64,000 bases of DNA, from the IMG/VR virus record IMGVR_UViG_3300038524_000024, positions 40,988 through 104,987 of that record; one strand, given 5' to 3'. Shown here piece after piece: positions 8,639-17,895 of this stretch. The stretch comes from a virus (lineage: Duplodnaviria > Caudoviricetes). The notes under the pieces were generated by a model. It saw nothing but the letters and a program-made list of their open reading frames with translations. It was not told where the DNA came from and ran no database searches. The position numbers and the translations under genes are program-made. Within the stretch, counting starts at the first letter, position 1, and every line of letters begins with the position of its first letter.

Positions 8639-8988
8639 AGGTATTTACTTCCCTTCCTTCGATATTTTTCTTTTTCACTTATTGCTGTACCAACAGCTTC
8701 CAGTACAATTAGCGGGCGTATAACTACCGCTCCGAAAGAACTATTATCTATTATGTGTCCTTTTATAGCTGTTGCAACAATGATATAGCTAAATGCAACT
8801 ACAAATAGAAAACTAACAATTAAATTAAAATATGTGGTAAAAAATACTTTACCTGTAGTTTGTTTATAAAGTAAAATCCTTTTTATGTTATAGTATATTG
8901 CCCATGAAAACCAAAAGATGATATTTGCGGATAAAACTATTGCTATAACATCTAGCGCCGAATTTACTGTTTGTGCTCCTTCTATCAT
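8635..8988 (-). CDS. Small multi-pass membrane protein, paralog of 8285-8638
   Basis: About 3 hydrophobic segments; SFGAVVIRPLIVL; same 117-aa length. Confidence 0.65.
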   Translation of the reverse strand: MIEGAQTVNSALDVIAIVLSANIIFWFSWAIYYNIKRILLYKQTTGKVFFTTYFNLIVSFLFVVAFSYIIVATAIKGHIIDNSSFGAVVIRPLIVLEAVGTAISEKEKYRRKGSKYL

Positions 8989-9074
8989 TTCAAATCCTTT
9001 CTTTTTTGTCTATATCACTCTTTTTCATAAGCAAAATGAAAAGCCCTACTCAAATATATCTTTCGGGCTTATAT

Positions 9075-9410
9075 CTATTCAACAATTGGTGTTGCTACAT
9101 ATAATGTATCACAAACTGTAAACCTAACTTTTTCAGTAAAAAACTTTCCTAAACTGGTTTCCACATAGCCTTGAACAGACCATACACCCGGTTTATCTAT
9201 ATCCCCGGCAATAGTTATGTATTGTAATATTCCATCAGCTCCATTCGTTAAGAATGAAGCTGATTTTTGCACCTTTGTTCCAGATGGATTCTGGAAATAA
9301 ATATATTTTACATCAGCGGTATCAAGGTCAATTGGTACGCCGTTTTCATCGGTGACAATTAGCCTAAATATAGTACCAACGTCCCCTTTATGAATAAATG
9401 TTGACTTCAT
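9075..9410 (-). CDS. BppU N-terminal-like baseplate/virion protein
   Basis: GDVGTIFRLIVTD...PIDL...DGILQY...GDID..G.W..QGYV pattern. Confidence 0.6.
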   Translation of the reverse strand: MKSTFIHKGDVGTIFRLIVTDENGVPIDLDTADVKYIYFQNPSGTKVQKSASFLTNGADGILQYITIAGDIDKPGVWSVQGYVETSLGKFFTEKVRFTVCDTLYVATPIVE

Positions 9411-10654
9411 GTAACCTCCGATAATTCTTTATATGCTGGCATCTCTATTCTTGTTATTATTTTTACGGTTTCAATAACTTGCATATTCATAATAACAAAG
9501 AATTCAGCAATTTCAGCGTATTGGATATCTACCAGAATGTGTCCATCTAATTGTATAGCGGACGTATTTATAATAACAACTTCTCCTTCGTGTGTTACAT
9601 GAGTAACATCTCCAGATACTTCAAAACTAGATGCACAAGCAATATCGGACAATCCATTATGGATAGCATGTAATATACTTCCAATCACATTTAGTTCTGA
9701 AATTATAATAGTATTTGATTCGCCTTCTAGTTCGCTAGCACTTAATCCACTGACACCTAGTAATGATGTTATTGTAATATTGGTTGAACCATCAATAACC
9801 ATATGGTCAACACTACCAATAACCTCTAATGTGGAGTTAGATATAATACTAGAAATTCCTTCTCGTATGCTAAAAATGCTAGCTTCAATCAGCATTGTAG
9901 AATCATTAACAATAGTTACTGAACCCTCATGTACAGGGTGGACAATCGTAGCAGATATTACTAGCGTAGAATTTTGCTCAACACCAGCAACGCCTTCAAG
10001 TAAACTACCTACTTCGGGGAAAGCCAACAGATTAGATGTAACATCAATAGTAGTAGCGCCCTCGTGAATGGGATGTAAGACAGTCGCAGATACTTCTAAT
10101 GTAGAAGTTCCTGAAACAATCGAAGCGCCCTCCTGCGTTCCCGCTTTCCAAGACGATGCTAAAAGTTCTGATGTGACATTAATTGTAGCTAAACCTTCAT
10201 GAGTAGCATGTGTGACACTTCCCACCAAATCCATAGTGGATTGAGTGGTAATATCATTTGAGCCTTCCAAAATTGCATGTGTGATTGTATCTTCTGTCAA
10301 TAACTGAGAAGTTACAACAATTGCGGTTGCTCCTTCCAAAGTTTGATGTAATACTGTATCAACAGCGACTAAACTAGAAGTCGTATCAATCGCAGCACTA
10401 GCCTCAATGGTTTCGGCGCTTACTCCAACAGCTAATAATTCACTTGTGATGACAATAGCTGTTTCCCCTTCGAATACCGCATGAGTAACCGTTCCAACTA
10501 AGTCAGTATAGAGTTCACCAGATGTATTTAATGAGGAAGTGCCGCTAATTGAGGCACTTCCTTCATGGTAAACTCCAGTAACAGGGAAATAGTTGAGTGC
10601 CCAATAGTATTGTCCAAAATAACTATCTGATAAAATATAGGTTTCTTTCGCCAT
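9407..10654 (-). CDS. Repeat-rich acidic virion protein
   Basis: Many imperfect about 26-aa repeats (HEGxAxIxxTSxL); located in tail accessory region. Confidence 0.65.
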   Translation of the reverse strand: MAKETYILSDSYFGQYYWALNYFPVTGVYHEGSASISGTSSLNTSGELYTDLVGTVTHAVFEGETAIVITSELLAVGVSAETIEASAAIDTTSSLVAVDTVLHQTLEGATAIVVTSQLLTEDTITHAILEGSNDITTQSTMDLVGSVTHATHEGLATINVTSELLASSWKAGTQEGASIVSGTSTLEVSATVLHPIHEGATTIDVTSNLLAFPEVGSLLEGVAGVEQNSTLVISATIVHPVHEGSVTIVNDSTMLIEASIFSIREGISSIISNSTLEVIGSVDHMVIDGSTNITITSLLGVSGLSASELEGESNTIIISELNVIGSILHAIHNGLSDIACASSFEVSGDVTHVTHEGEVVIINTSAIQLDGHILVDIQYAEIAEFFVIMNMQVIETVKIITRIEMPAYKELSEVT

Positions 10655-10675
10655 AGACACTCCTTTCTAACAGGT

Positions 10676-11380
10676 TTATACTGTTAAGGTTATTTTTGAC
10701 CTGTTTCCATTTGTATCTACTGCTGCCACAATTACATTTGATGTATCGTCAACACCACGGAAAGTTATAGTTGAAGTTTCTGCTCCGGACACTTTTCCAG
10801 CTAATGCTGATGCGAGTATTTTAAGAATTTGGCGCATGGTGTAAGTACCAACAACAAGTTCATCTAAAATAGAATCTACTGCTTCGGATGTTAATTTTAC
10901 CCCGTCCGTGCCAGTGTCGGCGAGGATGTCCGTGACCGCCTTGCTGAATGAGCCAGCGGAAGTGTGTCCGCTTGTGGCTTCATCCAGAACAGCATCAGCA
11001 ATGCCAGCCGCAGTAACGCCAGCCAACTCGTACCAGCGCGTAGTCCAGTCAGGCGTTGAAGTGTCGCCAGCCAAGCCGTCAACGTAAACCGTCAGCACGT
11101 CCCCATTCCTGACCGTAATCCAGCCGGATTGCCCTGAGATTGCGGTCAAGCCCGAAGCCGCCGCCATCGTGGTTTGTGGCAGGATGCGGTAAGCCGAGCC
11201 AGAGCCGCCGATTTGCCGAGTAACGTACATAACGTAATCGCCGTTGCCAGCCACCGCGTCTATTGATACATCGCACATGACGAGCTTATCGCCTGTTGAC
11301 GTGTAAGCCCCGACTGCGGTTGCCGCGCTGATGTCTACATTCGTTCCTGTATCCGTTTCTAAGTGCGTAAATACTGCCAT
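10676..11380 (-). CDS. Virion structural protein, compositionally chimeric
   Basis: GGAGG RBS; GC-rich 5' part and AT-rich 3' part switching near 10900. Confidence 0.7.
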   Translation of the reverse strand: MAVFTHLETDTGTNVDISAATAVGAYTSTGDKLVMCDVSIDAVAGNGDYVMYVTRQIGGSGSAYRILPQTTMAAASGLTAISGQSGWITVRNGDVLTVYVDGLAGDTSTPDWTTRWYELAGVTAAGIADAVLDEATSGHTSAGSFSKAVTDILADTGTDGVKLTSEAVDSILDELVVGTYTMRQILKILASALAGKVSGAETSTITFRGVDDTSNVIVAAVDTNGNRSKITLTV

Positions 11381-11392
11381 ATAAGCCTCCGA

Positions 11393-11668
11393 TTAGCCGC
11401 AACGTGATAAGAGTTGCGCGATGAATGCCGCCGATTGAAGTTCCGCGTTTGCCGAGCCCCACAGGTTGTAGATTGCCTCCGCCTGTTCCGCGTTCACGCC
11501 CAAATAACCTGATAACGCGGTGAAGTCCGAGCCGAGTGCCACTTGGTCAAGCACGAGCTTGAGATTGTTCCAGTCATCCTTGACCCGTCGAAGCGAGTCA
11601 ATCGCCGAGCGTGCCTGTGACGAAATGCGGCTTGCTGATGTTGAGATGTCGATGTATGCTGATGCCAT
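11393..11668 (-). CDS. Hypothetical protein (GC-rich patch)
   Basis: GGAGG RBS, 91-aa helical protein. Confidence 0.7.
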   Translation of the reverse strand: MASAYIDISTSASRISSQARSAIDSLRRVKDDWNNLKLVLDQVALGSDFTALSGYLGVNAEQAEAIYNLWGSANAELQSAAFIAQLLSRCG

Positions 11669-11691
11669 AATAGTTCCTCCGATTAGATTGA

Positions 11692-12396
11692 TTAAAGTGC
11701 CGCTATTGCGGTGTGTAAGTTCCCCATTTGTGTATCAGTCAAGCCTGTGCTATAAAAGGCAATGGCGTAGATGTAGCCGCCAAAATATCTGCTTGGTGCG
11801 GCATAACGATTGCCAATAACAAGCCCATCTGAGTTTATTGCGGCAGTCTTAGCTATGTTTCCGACATCCGTGCCGTTAAAATAGGTATCAACTCGTGTCC
11901 CTGCGACCAAATTCATACCTACGGTGTGGTCTACTTTTATGTTGCCGCCAAAGTAGTTAGATAATAGCGTTCCGTCCCAGTCATAGTTTATGCTATTGCC
12001 TACATAGTTGGAGTTGATTTGGATTAGTGCAGTATAGGCATGGTTAAGGTTAAAGTAGTTTCCATAATCCCCTCCGCCCGCACCAGCCGCTTTTGCAAAT
12101 ACAATTACAGCACCGATATTGCCAGTGTACGGCACAAGCAGTTGCGCGTCACCCGAAAAGTCCCATCCAGTTTCGCTTGCCCAACTTGGCGATGTGCCTT
12201 CTGCTGCGTTGTTGCCATTTCCCGACAAATCCACCAGCGAAGCCGCATAACTCGCCGCCCCCTTCGGTTGGTACGCTGCCACGCAACTGGTTATCGTGCC
12301 GCTCAAATCCCACCAGCCGCCGCCAGCAACCGCCGCCTGACTTGACGGTTGGAATGTAGGCGAGAACGTGCGCCCGAATACTGAACCGAATGTCAT
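11692..12396 (-). CDS. Concanavalin A / LamG-like virion protein
   Basis: AGGAGG RBS before ATG 12396; AAYQPKGAASYAASLVDLSGNGN, IGNR...YFGGYIYAIAFYS. Confidence 0.72.
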   Translation of the reverse strand: MTFGSVFGRTFSPTFQPSSQAAVAGGGWWDLSGTITSCVAAYQPKGAASYAASLVDLSGNGNNAAEGTSPSWASETGWDFSGDAQLLVPYTGNIGAVIVFAKAAGAGGGDYGNYFNLNHAYTALIQINSNYVGNSINYDWDGTLLSNYFGGNIKVDHTVGMNLVAGTRVDTYFNGTDVGNIAKTAAINSDGLVIGNRYAAPSRYFGGYIYAIAFYSTGLTDTQMGNLHTAIAAL

Positions 12397-12539
12397 GCTT
12401 GCCTCCTGTACGAAACGATGCGATACACGAACCTCTTCGCGTCCTTGTACCTGCTCTTGAAACTGCCAACGTGCCCATCCCACGGGTCAATCATCACGTA
12501 ATCCTCATCCGCCAGCTTGCCGATAGAATAATTACTCAT
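12393..12539 (-). pseudogene. 48-aa chimeric remnant resembling the C-terminus of a C39-like peptidase (lysin)
   Basis: MSNYS then IGKLADEDYVMIDPWDGHVGSFKSRYKDAKRFVYRIVSYRRQA; GAGGTG RBS; stop overlaps next ATG. Confidence 0.5.
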
Positions 12540-12609
12540 ATTTCACCTCTACTTTACCATATAAAAGTTTCATTTTAAGACTGAGCACAATCGCTTGCGC
12601 CCCACTCTT

Positions 12610-12638
12610 AAAACGGGGTGGTTTTACCCACCCCATTT
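12610..12638 (-). terminator. Terminator-like hairpin downstream of GIY-YIG gene
   Basis: GGGGTGG-GTAAAA-CCACCCC followed by GTTTT on minus strand. Confidence 0.6.
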
Positions 12639-12652
12639 CTAGTTGTTTATTA

Positions 12653-13351
12653 CTAAGACTCTTTTTCTCTTAGACACCTGCGTTTTGCAGATTCTCTCAT
12701 TTTAGCTTTTGTCTCATCTGAATGTTTACAGCCTAGGCTATTTGTATTTCCGATTCTAGATTTAGACATCTTCTCTTTTGATTCCTCTGAATGTTTGTAT
12801 CCTAGTGTGCGAGTATTTCCAAGTAAAGCATTACTCATTTTGGTTCTTGCTTCATCAGATGGGGTATGTCCTAAAGCATATTTATTCCCAACTAGAGACT
12901 CGGATATTTTTGCTTTATGGTCATCAGAAAGTTTTCTTCCCAATGTATTTTTGTTTCCTATGCCGTTTTTGTTTCCTAATGCGGCTTTACTCATTTTTTC
13001 CTTTGTCTCATCGGAATGCTTTAAGCCTTTCCTTGATATAAAAGCGTCTGTCGCTATATTATATTCGGGTTTAAGCCCATCTAGGCACGATTGCTCATAT
13101 ATGAACGTATTGTCAGCATCACAAAATAATAGTACGCCAAATTCAAAATTGTCTTCGCCATATTTATTCCATGCGTTTTGCAAGTGTGCGTTATCATGTT
13201 TGTTTTTTCGTAAATCAATTAAGTGACGACCCCATCTTGTCCAAATATTAATAGAGCTTCCAATATATTTATGCCCGTTTAAATTGTTTACAATTTGGTA
13301 AACTCCCGGAATAGTGAGGGACTCTTTTCCAAAGTTTTTTGCAATGTTCAC
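12653..13351 (-). CDS. GIY-YIG homing endonuclease with NUMOD3 repeats
   Basis: GVYQI..YIGSS..R..H, YNI, five HSxE(T/H/S)KxK(M/I)-type repeats. Confidence 0.92.
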   Translation of the reverse strand: MNIAKNFGKESLTIPGVYQIVNNLNGHKYIGSSINIWTRWGRHLIDLRKNKHDNAHLQNAWNKYGEDNFEFGVLLFCDADNTFIYEQSCLDGLKPEYNIATDAFISRKGLKHSDETKEKMSKAALGNKNGIGNKNTLGRKLSDDHKAKISESLVGNKYALGHTPSDEARTKMSNALLGNTRTLGYKHSEESKEKMSKSRIGNTNSLGCKHSDETKAKMRESAKRRCLREKES

Positions 13352-13427
13352 AGAACCTCACTTTCTTTTAGGTAGAATAGAAATGCTTTTGACACTTCTA
13401 TTCTACCAATAAATTATGTTTAATATC

Positions 13428-14231
13428 CTAAGATAAGGTGATATCTATAGCCCCGCTGGAAAACCTGAAGGTATCTCCGGAGTACACTGTTTTACTGGCA
13501 GTTAGCGTCTTAAAAAAGTACATATCTCCGGCGGCGTTGGCTGACCTTATCGACATGCCTACCACTGTTCCCCAATTTGCGCTAGCAACAGGGAATGTTT
13601 CAGTTGCGGTATTAGCAGTAAAACCGCCAGTCGCATTAGGGGCATCCCATTTTGCAGCGCCATGGCAAGTCACACGTGCGTATGAACCACCTGACACTTC
13701 AACACCACCAACATCGGCAGCGTTTGGCATTGTAGTATACAATGTTAGCCATGCAGCAGTCGGTTGGGTGAAAGTAGCTCCATCGAGAATATGGTCAAGC
13801 ATTTCATTGGCAAGGAATGTAGAAATATCCCCACCTAACGAAATATCCAGTGCTCCCGCGGCAATTGACAGAGTATCCCCTGTATCAACCTGCAAAGATG
13901 AACTGAATGAACCATAGAACAAGAGGTTGCCACCTGTTGGGGCATCAAAAATACCAACACTAGTAATCAATCCCCAAACGCCAGTAGCTGTCGGAAATGT
14001 GATAGTAGCAGTATTAGAGGTTGCGCCAGCAGAAGCTGCGTCAAAAGCACCCGTTAGTTGTTTACGTGCATAGGCGTTGGCTGAAGCTACTTCTGTGCCA
14101 CCGCCCGCATCAGAGGGGGTAGCAGTAAATAAAGCAAGATAAACACTTGCTGGTGAAGCAAACGTTCCACTTCGTAGAACGTAGTCAATAAATTTTCCTT
14201 CAAGATAGTCGGACATAATATTAACACTCAT
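13428..14231 (-). CDS. Tail/baseplate accessory protein with two tandem homologous domains
   Basis: YLALFTA.P...GGTEV...YAR...TFP.A...WG occurs twice; homologous to 17896-18300. Confidence 0.75.
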   Translation of the reverse strand: MSVNIMSDYLEGKFIDYVLRSGTFASPASVYLALFTATPSDAGGGTEVASANAYARKQLTGAFDAASAGATSNTATITFPTATGVWGLITSVGIFDAPTGGNLLFYGSFSSSLQVDTGDTLSIAAGALDISLGGDISTFLANEMLDHILDGATFTQPTAAWLTLYTTMPNAADVGGVEVSGGSYARVTCHGAAKWDAPNATGGFTANTATETFPVASANWGTVVGMSIRSANAAGDMYFFKTLTASKTVYSGDTFRFSSGAIDITLS

Positions 14232-14911
14232 TATAACTCCATTTCTTTTTGACTTTCATCAAAAATTTGTAATTTTTTTAATTTGTTTTTTCTTCCTCGT
14301 TCAACAGAAGCCAAACCTATTTTTGTTTTTGCTTCTTCCGTATGCTTTCTTCCAGTTGCAGCTTTACGAAATTTTTCTGTTGTTTCTTCAGAAAAAGGAT
14401 TTTTAATCCCTTTGTTCCAAGGAACATTGCCTTTTTTAAAAGTGCCAACCGGATGTTTCCCTTTATTGCCCTCTGATATTTTTCGCTTATGCTCTTCAGA
14501 CAAAGCTATACCAACATGGAATTGTCTCAAAAACTCTTTTTGCTCATCAGACATTTTGTGTTTACTATTGGTTTCACCAATTTTCCTTTTGTGCTCGTCT
14601 GATAATTTCATTCCTTTATTTGGGCATAGAGCATCTATGGCAATATTATACTCTGGTTTATAATAATCTAAATAAATCTGTTCATAAAGTGTTGTATTTT
14701 CTCTATCACATATTAAAAGTATTGAGAAGCTAAACGATTCTTCTCCATACTTTTCCCATGCTCTTTGAAACGCAACATTATGACTTTTATGTAAATTTAG
14801 ATACCACCTATGTGTAATCCATCTTTCGTGTATATCAACAGAGCTACCAATATAAGAATGCCCGTTTACTTTATTTGTAATTTTATAAACGCCAGATATA
14901 ATGTCTCTCAT
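14231..14911 (-). CDS. GIY-YIG homing endonuclease with NUMOD3 repeats
   Basis: GVYKI..YIGSS, YNIA, LSDEHKRKI repeats. Confidence 0.92.
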   Translation of the reverse strand: MRDIISGVYKITNKVNGHSYIGSSVDIHERWITHRWYLNLHKSHNVAFQRAWEKYGEESFSFSILLICDRENTTLYEQIYLDYYKPEYNIAIDALCPNKGMKLSDEHKRKIGETNSKHKMSDEQKEFLRQFHVGIALSEEHKRKISEGNKGKHPVGTFKKGNVPWNKGIKNPFSEETTEKFRKAATGRKHTEEAKTKIGLASVERGRKNKLKKLQIFDESQKEMEL

Positions 14912-14915
14912 ATTA

Positions 14916-15001
14916 CCTCCTACAGTAACATCCTAATTTAAGTAGTGAGCGAAAGGCGTTTAGGATTACGCTCTTCGGGCTCGAGACCCTATTCGCTCAC
15001 T
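14916..15001 (-). ncRNA. Putative three-way-junction leader RNA upstream of GIY-YIG gene (copy 1)
   Basis: P1 AGUGAGCGAA/UUCGCUCACU; UA-GGGU..GCCC-GAAGA; P3 GCGU-AAUCCUAA-ACGC; loop complementary to downstream UUAGGAU and the RBS. Confidence 0.62.
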
Positions 15002-15005
15002 TATC

Positions 15006-15164
15006 TTATTTTTTATTTTGTGTTTTTATTTTGTTTAGCATTCGACGGTCAACCGGAATGCCCAGAGCAGTGAGCCGCGCGAACGTAGCTCCGGTAGAGA
15101 TTGCGCGTTGCCAGTCCATGCGCTTCTGGTATGAGCTTACGTCAATGCCAAAGGGGTAGGTCAT
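15006..15164 (-). pseudogene. Truncated GH25 lysozyme N-terminus
   Basis: AGGAG RBS; MTYPFGIDVSSYQKRMDWQRA...GATFA, then runs into AT-rich sequence and stops. Confidence 0.7.
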
Positions 15165-15201
15165 GCTTGCTCCTGCCATTGGCTTAGGTCGAGGATAGTG
15201 G

Positions 15202-15543
15202 TCATGCTTCGTCCGGCATGTCTGACCAGATTTCGTCACGCATCGCAATCAGCATCCGCGCCATTAACTTGAGCACGGTTTTCGCGCTGGCGATGTTGGT
15301 GACGTTGGCTTCGATGTAATTCACCGCCTCTGCTGGCGTGATTGTTTTGAGCGCGGTTGCCTTCGCCGCTTCGTCTTTCGCCAGCCTGCGCCTTAGTCGT
15401 GCAGGATAGACAATCTGCTCGTAAATCTCCCATTCTTCAGGTGTGAGCGTGCGGCTAAACTCGGCGTGATAGTTGCCAAGTCTTGTTTCAACAAGTGATG
15501 TTATCGGTATTCCTGCGTTTTGAAGTAGTGTTAGTTTATCCAT
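15202..15543 (-). CDS. Tail-fibre-associated small protein (chaperone-like)
   Basis: Directly follows fibre gene; GC-rich patch. Confidence 0.65.
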   Translation of the reverse strand: MDKLTLLQNAGIPITSLVETRLGNYHAEFSRTLTPEEWEIYEQIVYPARLRRRLAKDEAAKATALKTITPAEAVNYIEANVTNIASAKTVLKLMARMLIAMRDEIWSDMPDEA

Positions 15544-15544
15544 G

Positions 15545-17341
15545 TTATGCCGCCTCGTATGTGAATGTGAAAGAGACAGATCTGTCTACGTTGTTCTGCT
15601 CTGCGCCAGTCAGGAAGTCCCAATCAAGTTCTGTAATTACGAATTTAGACGCACTGGCAACTAAATATATTCCGCCCATTGACCAAGTGGAACCGTTATT
15701 ATAGCCAGCCGAGCCGGCATGCACATCATCATTATTCTTGGGCGGAACTGGTAAGGTTATTAATATCGGCTCCGCTCCTGCCCCAGCAGTTCCACCTTCG
15801 ACGTTCCCCCACTGCCCTGTGACAGTGACAAGTTTACCAACTTGACAATAGCGGTTGATAAAGCAGCGGGTGTACGTTGGCGCCGTGCCGCCTGATACTG
15901 ATAGCGTTGGCGTGTAGTTGAACCACTGGGGAAAGCCAACGGGCGATGTCTGATGACTGTAGAATGGCTGCGTCCACGTCTCATTAGCAAGCACGTGGTC
16001 GGTGTTCACGGCAACAGTCAGCACGGTGTCGGCGATGCTGACAACCGTGCCGTATCGCTGCGTTGAGCCGGTATTGGTTATCCATTTTAGCCGGTCACCT
16101 ACCGAGTAGACCGCTGCCGCGCCGCTCGAAACGTTGATGGTAGAGGCTGTTTTCCAAGAGAACGTGCCGGTAACAGGTATCCATCCGTTCTGATAAGAAA
16201 CGGGCATGAAATAGGTGGAGTCTAAGTTGTCAAGTTTGTCAGAATCAGCCGCTTTTCCGGTTGCTGCCAAATAATAGCTTGCTGATTGACCGTTCAGTTT
16301 ATCACTATCCACTGCTTGTGCGGCAACACCAAGATAGGTTGAGTCATGATTATGCGTAGACGTTGCAAAATAGTCGGTATTAAACCCATCAAATAAAATG
16401 CTATCCACTGCTTTTGCGGCAACACCAAGATAGGTTGAGTCATGATTATGCGTAGACGTTGCAAATGCTAAACTATCGAGTCCATCCAACAAATCGCTAT
16501 CAACAGCCTTACTTGTCGCAGGTAAATAATAAGATGGTAAATTGCCACCTAATTTTTCAGAATCGGGTGCGTAACTTGCCCATGACAATATTCCATCGCT
16601 AGCCCTAAAAACAAAATTTCCGGTAGCTAAAGGATTTGGAGTCGTTATACCAGAAACTCTACCATATGCGTCGATTGTTACACCGATATATGTGCCGGGC
16701 GTCAAACTCATTGTTGGCAGTATAAGATTATGACTACCATCAACGCCTAACATAGAACCTATATTAATGCCCTCACTAGCAATTTTACCATTATATAATG
16801 AAACTCCAGACTCATCAATAGTTTTATCATTGCTTACCATCAATAAATTACCGGCAGTGCTGTCACTAACAACGACCTGATTTGAAGTAACACCGCCCAT
16901 CATAATCCATACTCCATTTTGATATTCAAAAGTATAAATTTTATTTGCGATTAAATCACCAACAGTTAAATTAGTTGCCACGCCAAGAGGAGATAACTTT
17001 TGCAATGTTTTATTTCCACCAGAGTTTATATTCAATACGGCAGAATTTGTGTTAGATATATCCACGGAAAGTTGAATCTGTATTCCATTTGCCAACGTGC
17101 CTATATCGGAGCTTGTAGCTACATAGTTATTTTCCGTTGAGAAAGAACCATATATTCTAAAAAGCGTTCTAGCTAACTCCAAATCATCAATGCGAGAATC
17201 TGTTGATATGGCATATGCATCAATTTTGCTAAAAGCAGAAGAAACCGCATTTTTATTTATTGTATCTCTCCAAGTTTTTACGGTAGGGTCATCAAAGTCA
17301 TCATATACGTCTAGTTCCAACCTTGTTGTAATTGCACTCAT
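15545..17341 (-). CDS. Tail fibre / receptor-binding protein
   Basis: A.DSDxLDGxxSxxF and HNHD repeats; 51-bp DNA duplication 16319-16369 / 16415-16465; GC-rich C-terminal head. Confidence 0.8.
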   Translation of the reverse strand: MSAITTRLELDVYDDFDDPTVKTWRDTINKNAVSSAFSKIDAYAISTDSRIDDLELARTLFRIYGSFSTENNYVATSSDIGTLANGIQIQLSVDISNTNSAVLNINSGGNKTLQKLSPLGVATNLTVGDLIANKIYTFEYQNGVWIMMGGVTSNQVVVSDSTAGNLLMVSNDKTIDESGVSLYNGKIASEGINIGSMLGVDGSHNLILPTMSLTPGTYIGVTIDAYGRVSGITTPNPLATGNFVFRASDGILSWASYAPDSEKLGGNLPSYYLPATSKAVDSDLLDGLDSLAFATSTHNHDSTYLGVAAKAVDSILFDGFNTDYFATSTHNHDSTYLGVAAQAVDSDKLNGQSASYYLAATGKAADSDKLDNLDSTYFMPVSYQNGWIPVTGTFSWKTASTINVSSGAAAVYSVGDRLKWITNTGSTQRYGTVVSIADTVLTVAVNTDHVLANETWTQPFYSHQTSPVGFPQWFNYTPTLSVSGGTAPTYTRCFINRYCQVGKLVTVTGQWGNVEGGTAGAGAEPILITLPVPPKNNDDVHAGSAGYNNGSTWSMGGIYLVASASKFVITELDWDFLTGAEQNNVDRSVSFTFTYEAA

Positions 17342-17883
17342 AAGTATTCCTCACTTTCTTTAAAGTCCAAATCGCTTAATAATTTTGTATTCCAATAAGA
17401 GATTGGAAATGGTATTGGAACGGTACTATCATCATAATCCCAAGTTGATAAAACCCTCCAAAATCCAGCAGTAGCTTCCGCCCAAATACTAATAGTTCCG
17501 ATTTTGCTAATAAAATTCGCCAATAGTTGTTCATAAAATTGAGCAAAGATACTTGGTGGTAATACTCCCATTGATAAGGACAATGCTTCTTGAGAGGTCA
17601 AAGTTGCTATTATCTGAAAATTTTCCGCTAAAGGAAAAGGTAAATCAGAAAATTGCTCTAAAATGCCAGACATGGTTTCATCTATATAAAAAGCAAATCC
17701 CAATGGCACTGTACTTCTAAGCATCTCGTCTATTGTACGAACTAAAGTGTCGTCTACATCATATGTAAAGGGTATAGATATTCTAGCAAAAGCGCTGTCA
17801 ACCTTTGGAAATCCATCAATCAAAACATCAAAATTTTTTATAAGCGAAAGGATAACATCAAAATTTTTTTTAGATGTATCCAT
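17338..17883 (-). CDS. Hypothetical baseplate-region protein
   Basis: GGAG RBS, position in tail operon. Confidence 0.65.
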   Translation of the reverse strand: MDTSKKNFDVILSLIKNFDVLIDGFPKVDSAFARISIPFTYDVDDTLVRTIDEMLRSTVPLGFAFYIDETMSGILEQFSDLPFPLAENFQIIATLTSQEALSLSMGVLPPSIFAQFYEQLLANFISKIGTISIWAEATAGFWRVLSTWDYDDSTVPIPFPISYWNTKLLSDLDFKESEEYL

Positions 17884-17895
17884 ATTATAACTCCA

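Noticed and set aside
12540-15005. Group I introns housing the GIY-YIG genes
   Set aside because: Flanks are short, I saw no P7 core, and neighbouring genes are not split into joinable exons.
11692-17341. Diversity-generating retroelement acting on fibre or LamG genes
   Set aside because: No reverse transcriptase and no adenine-mismatched TR/VR pair seen; the fibre repeat is an exact in-frame duplication.
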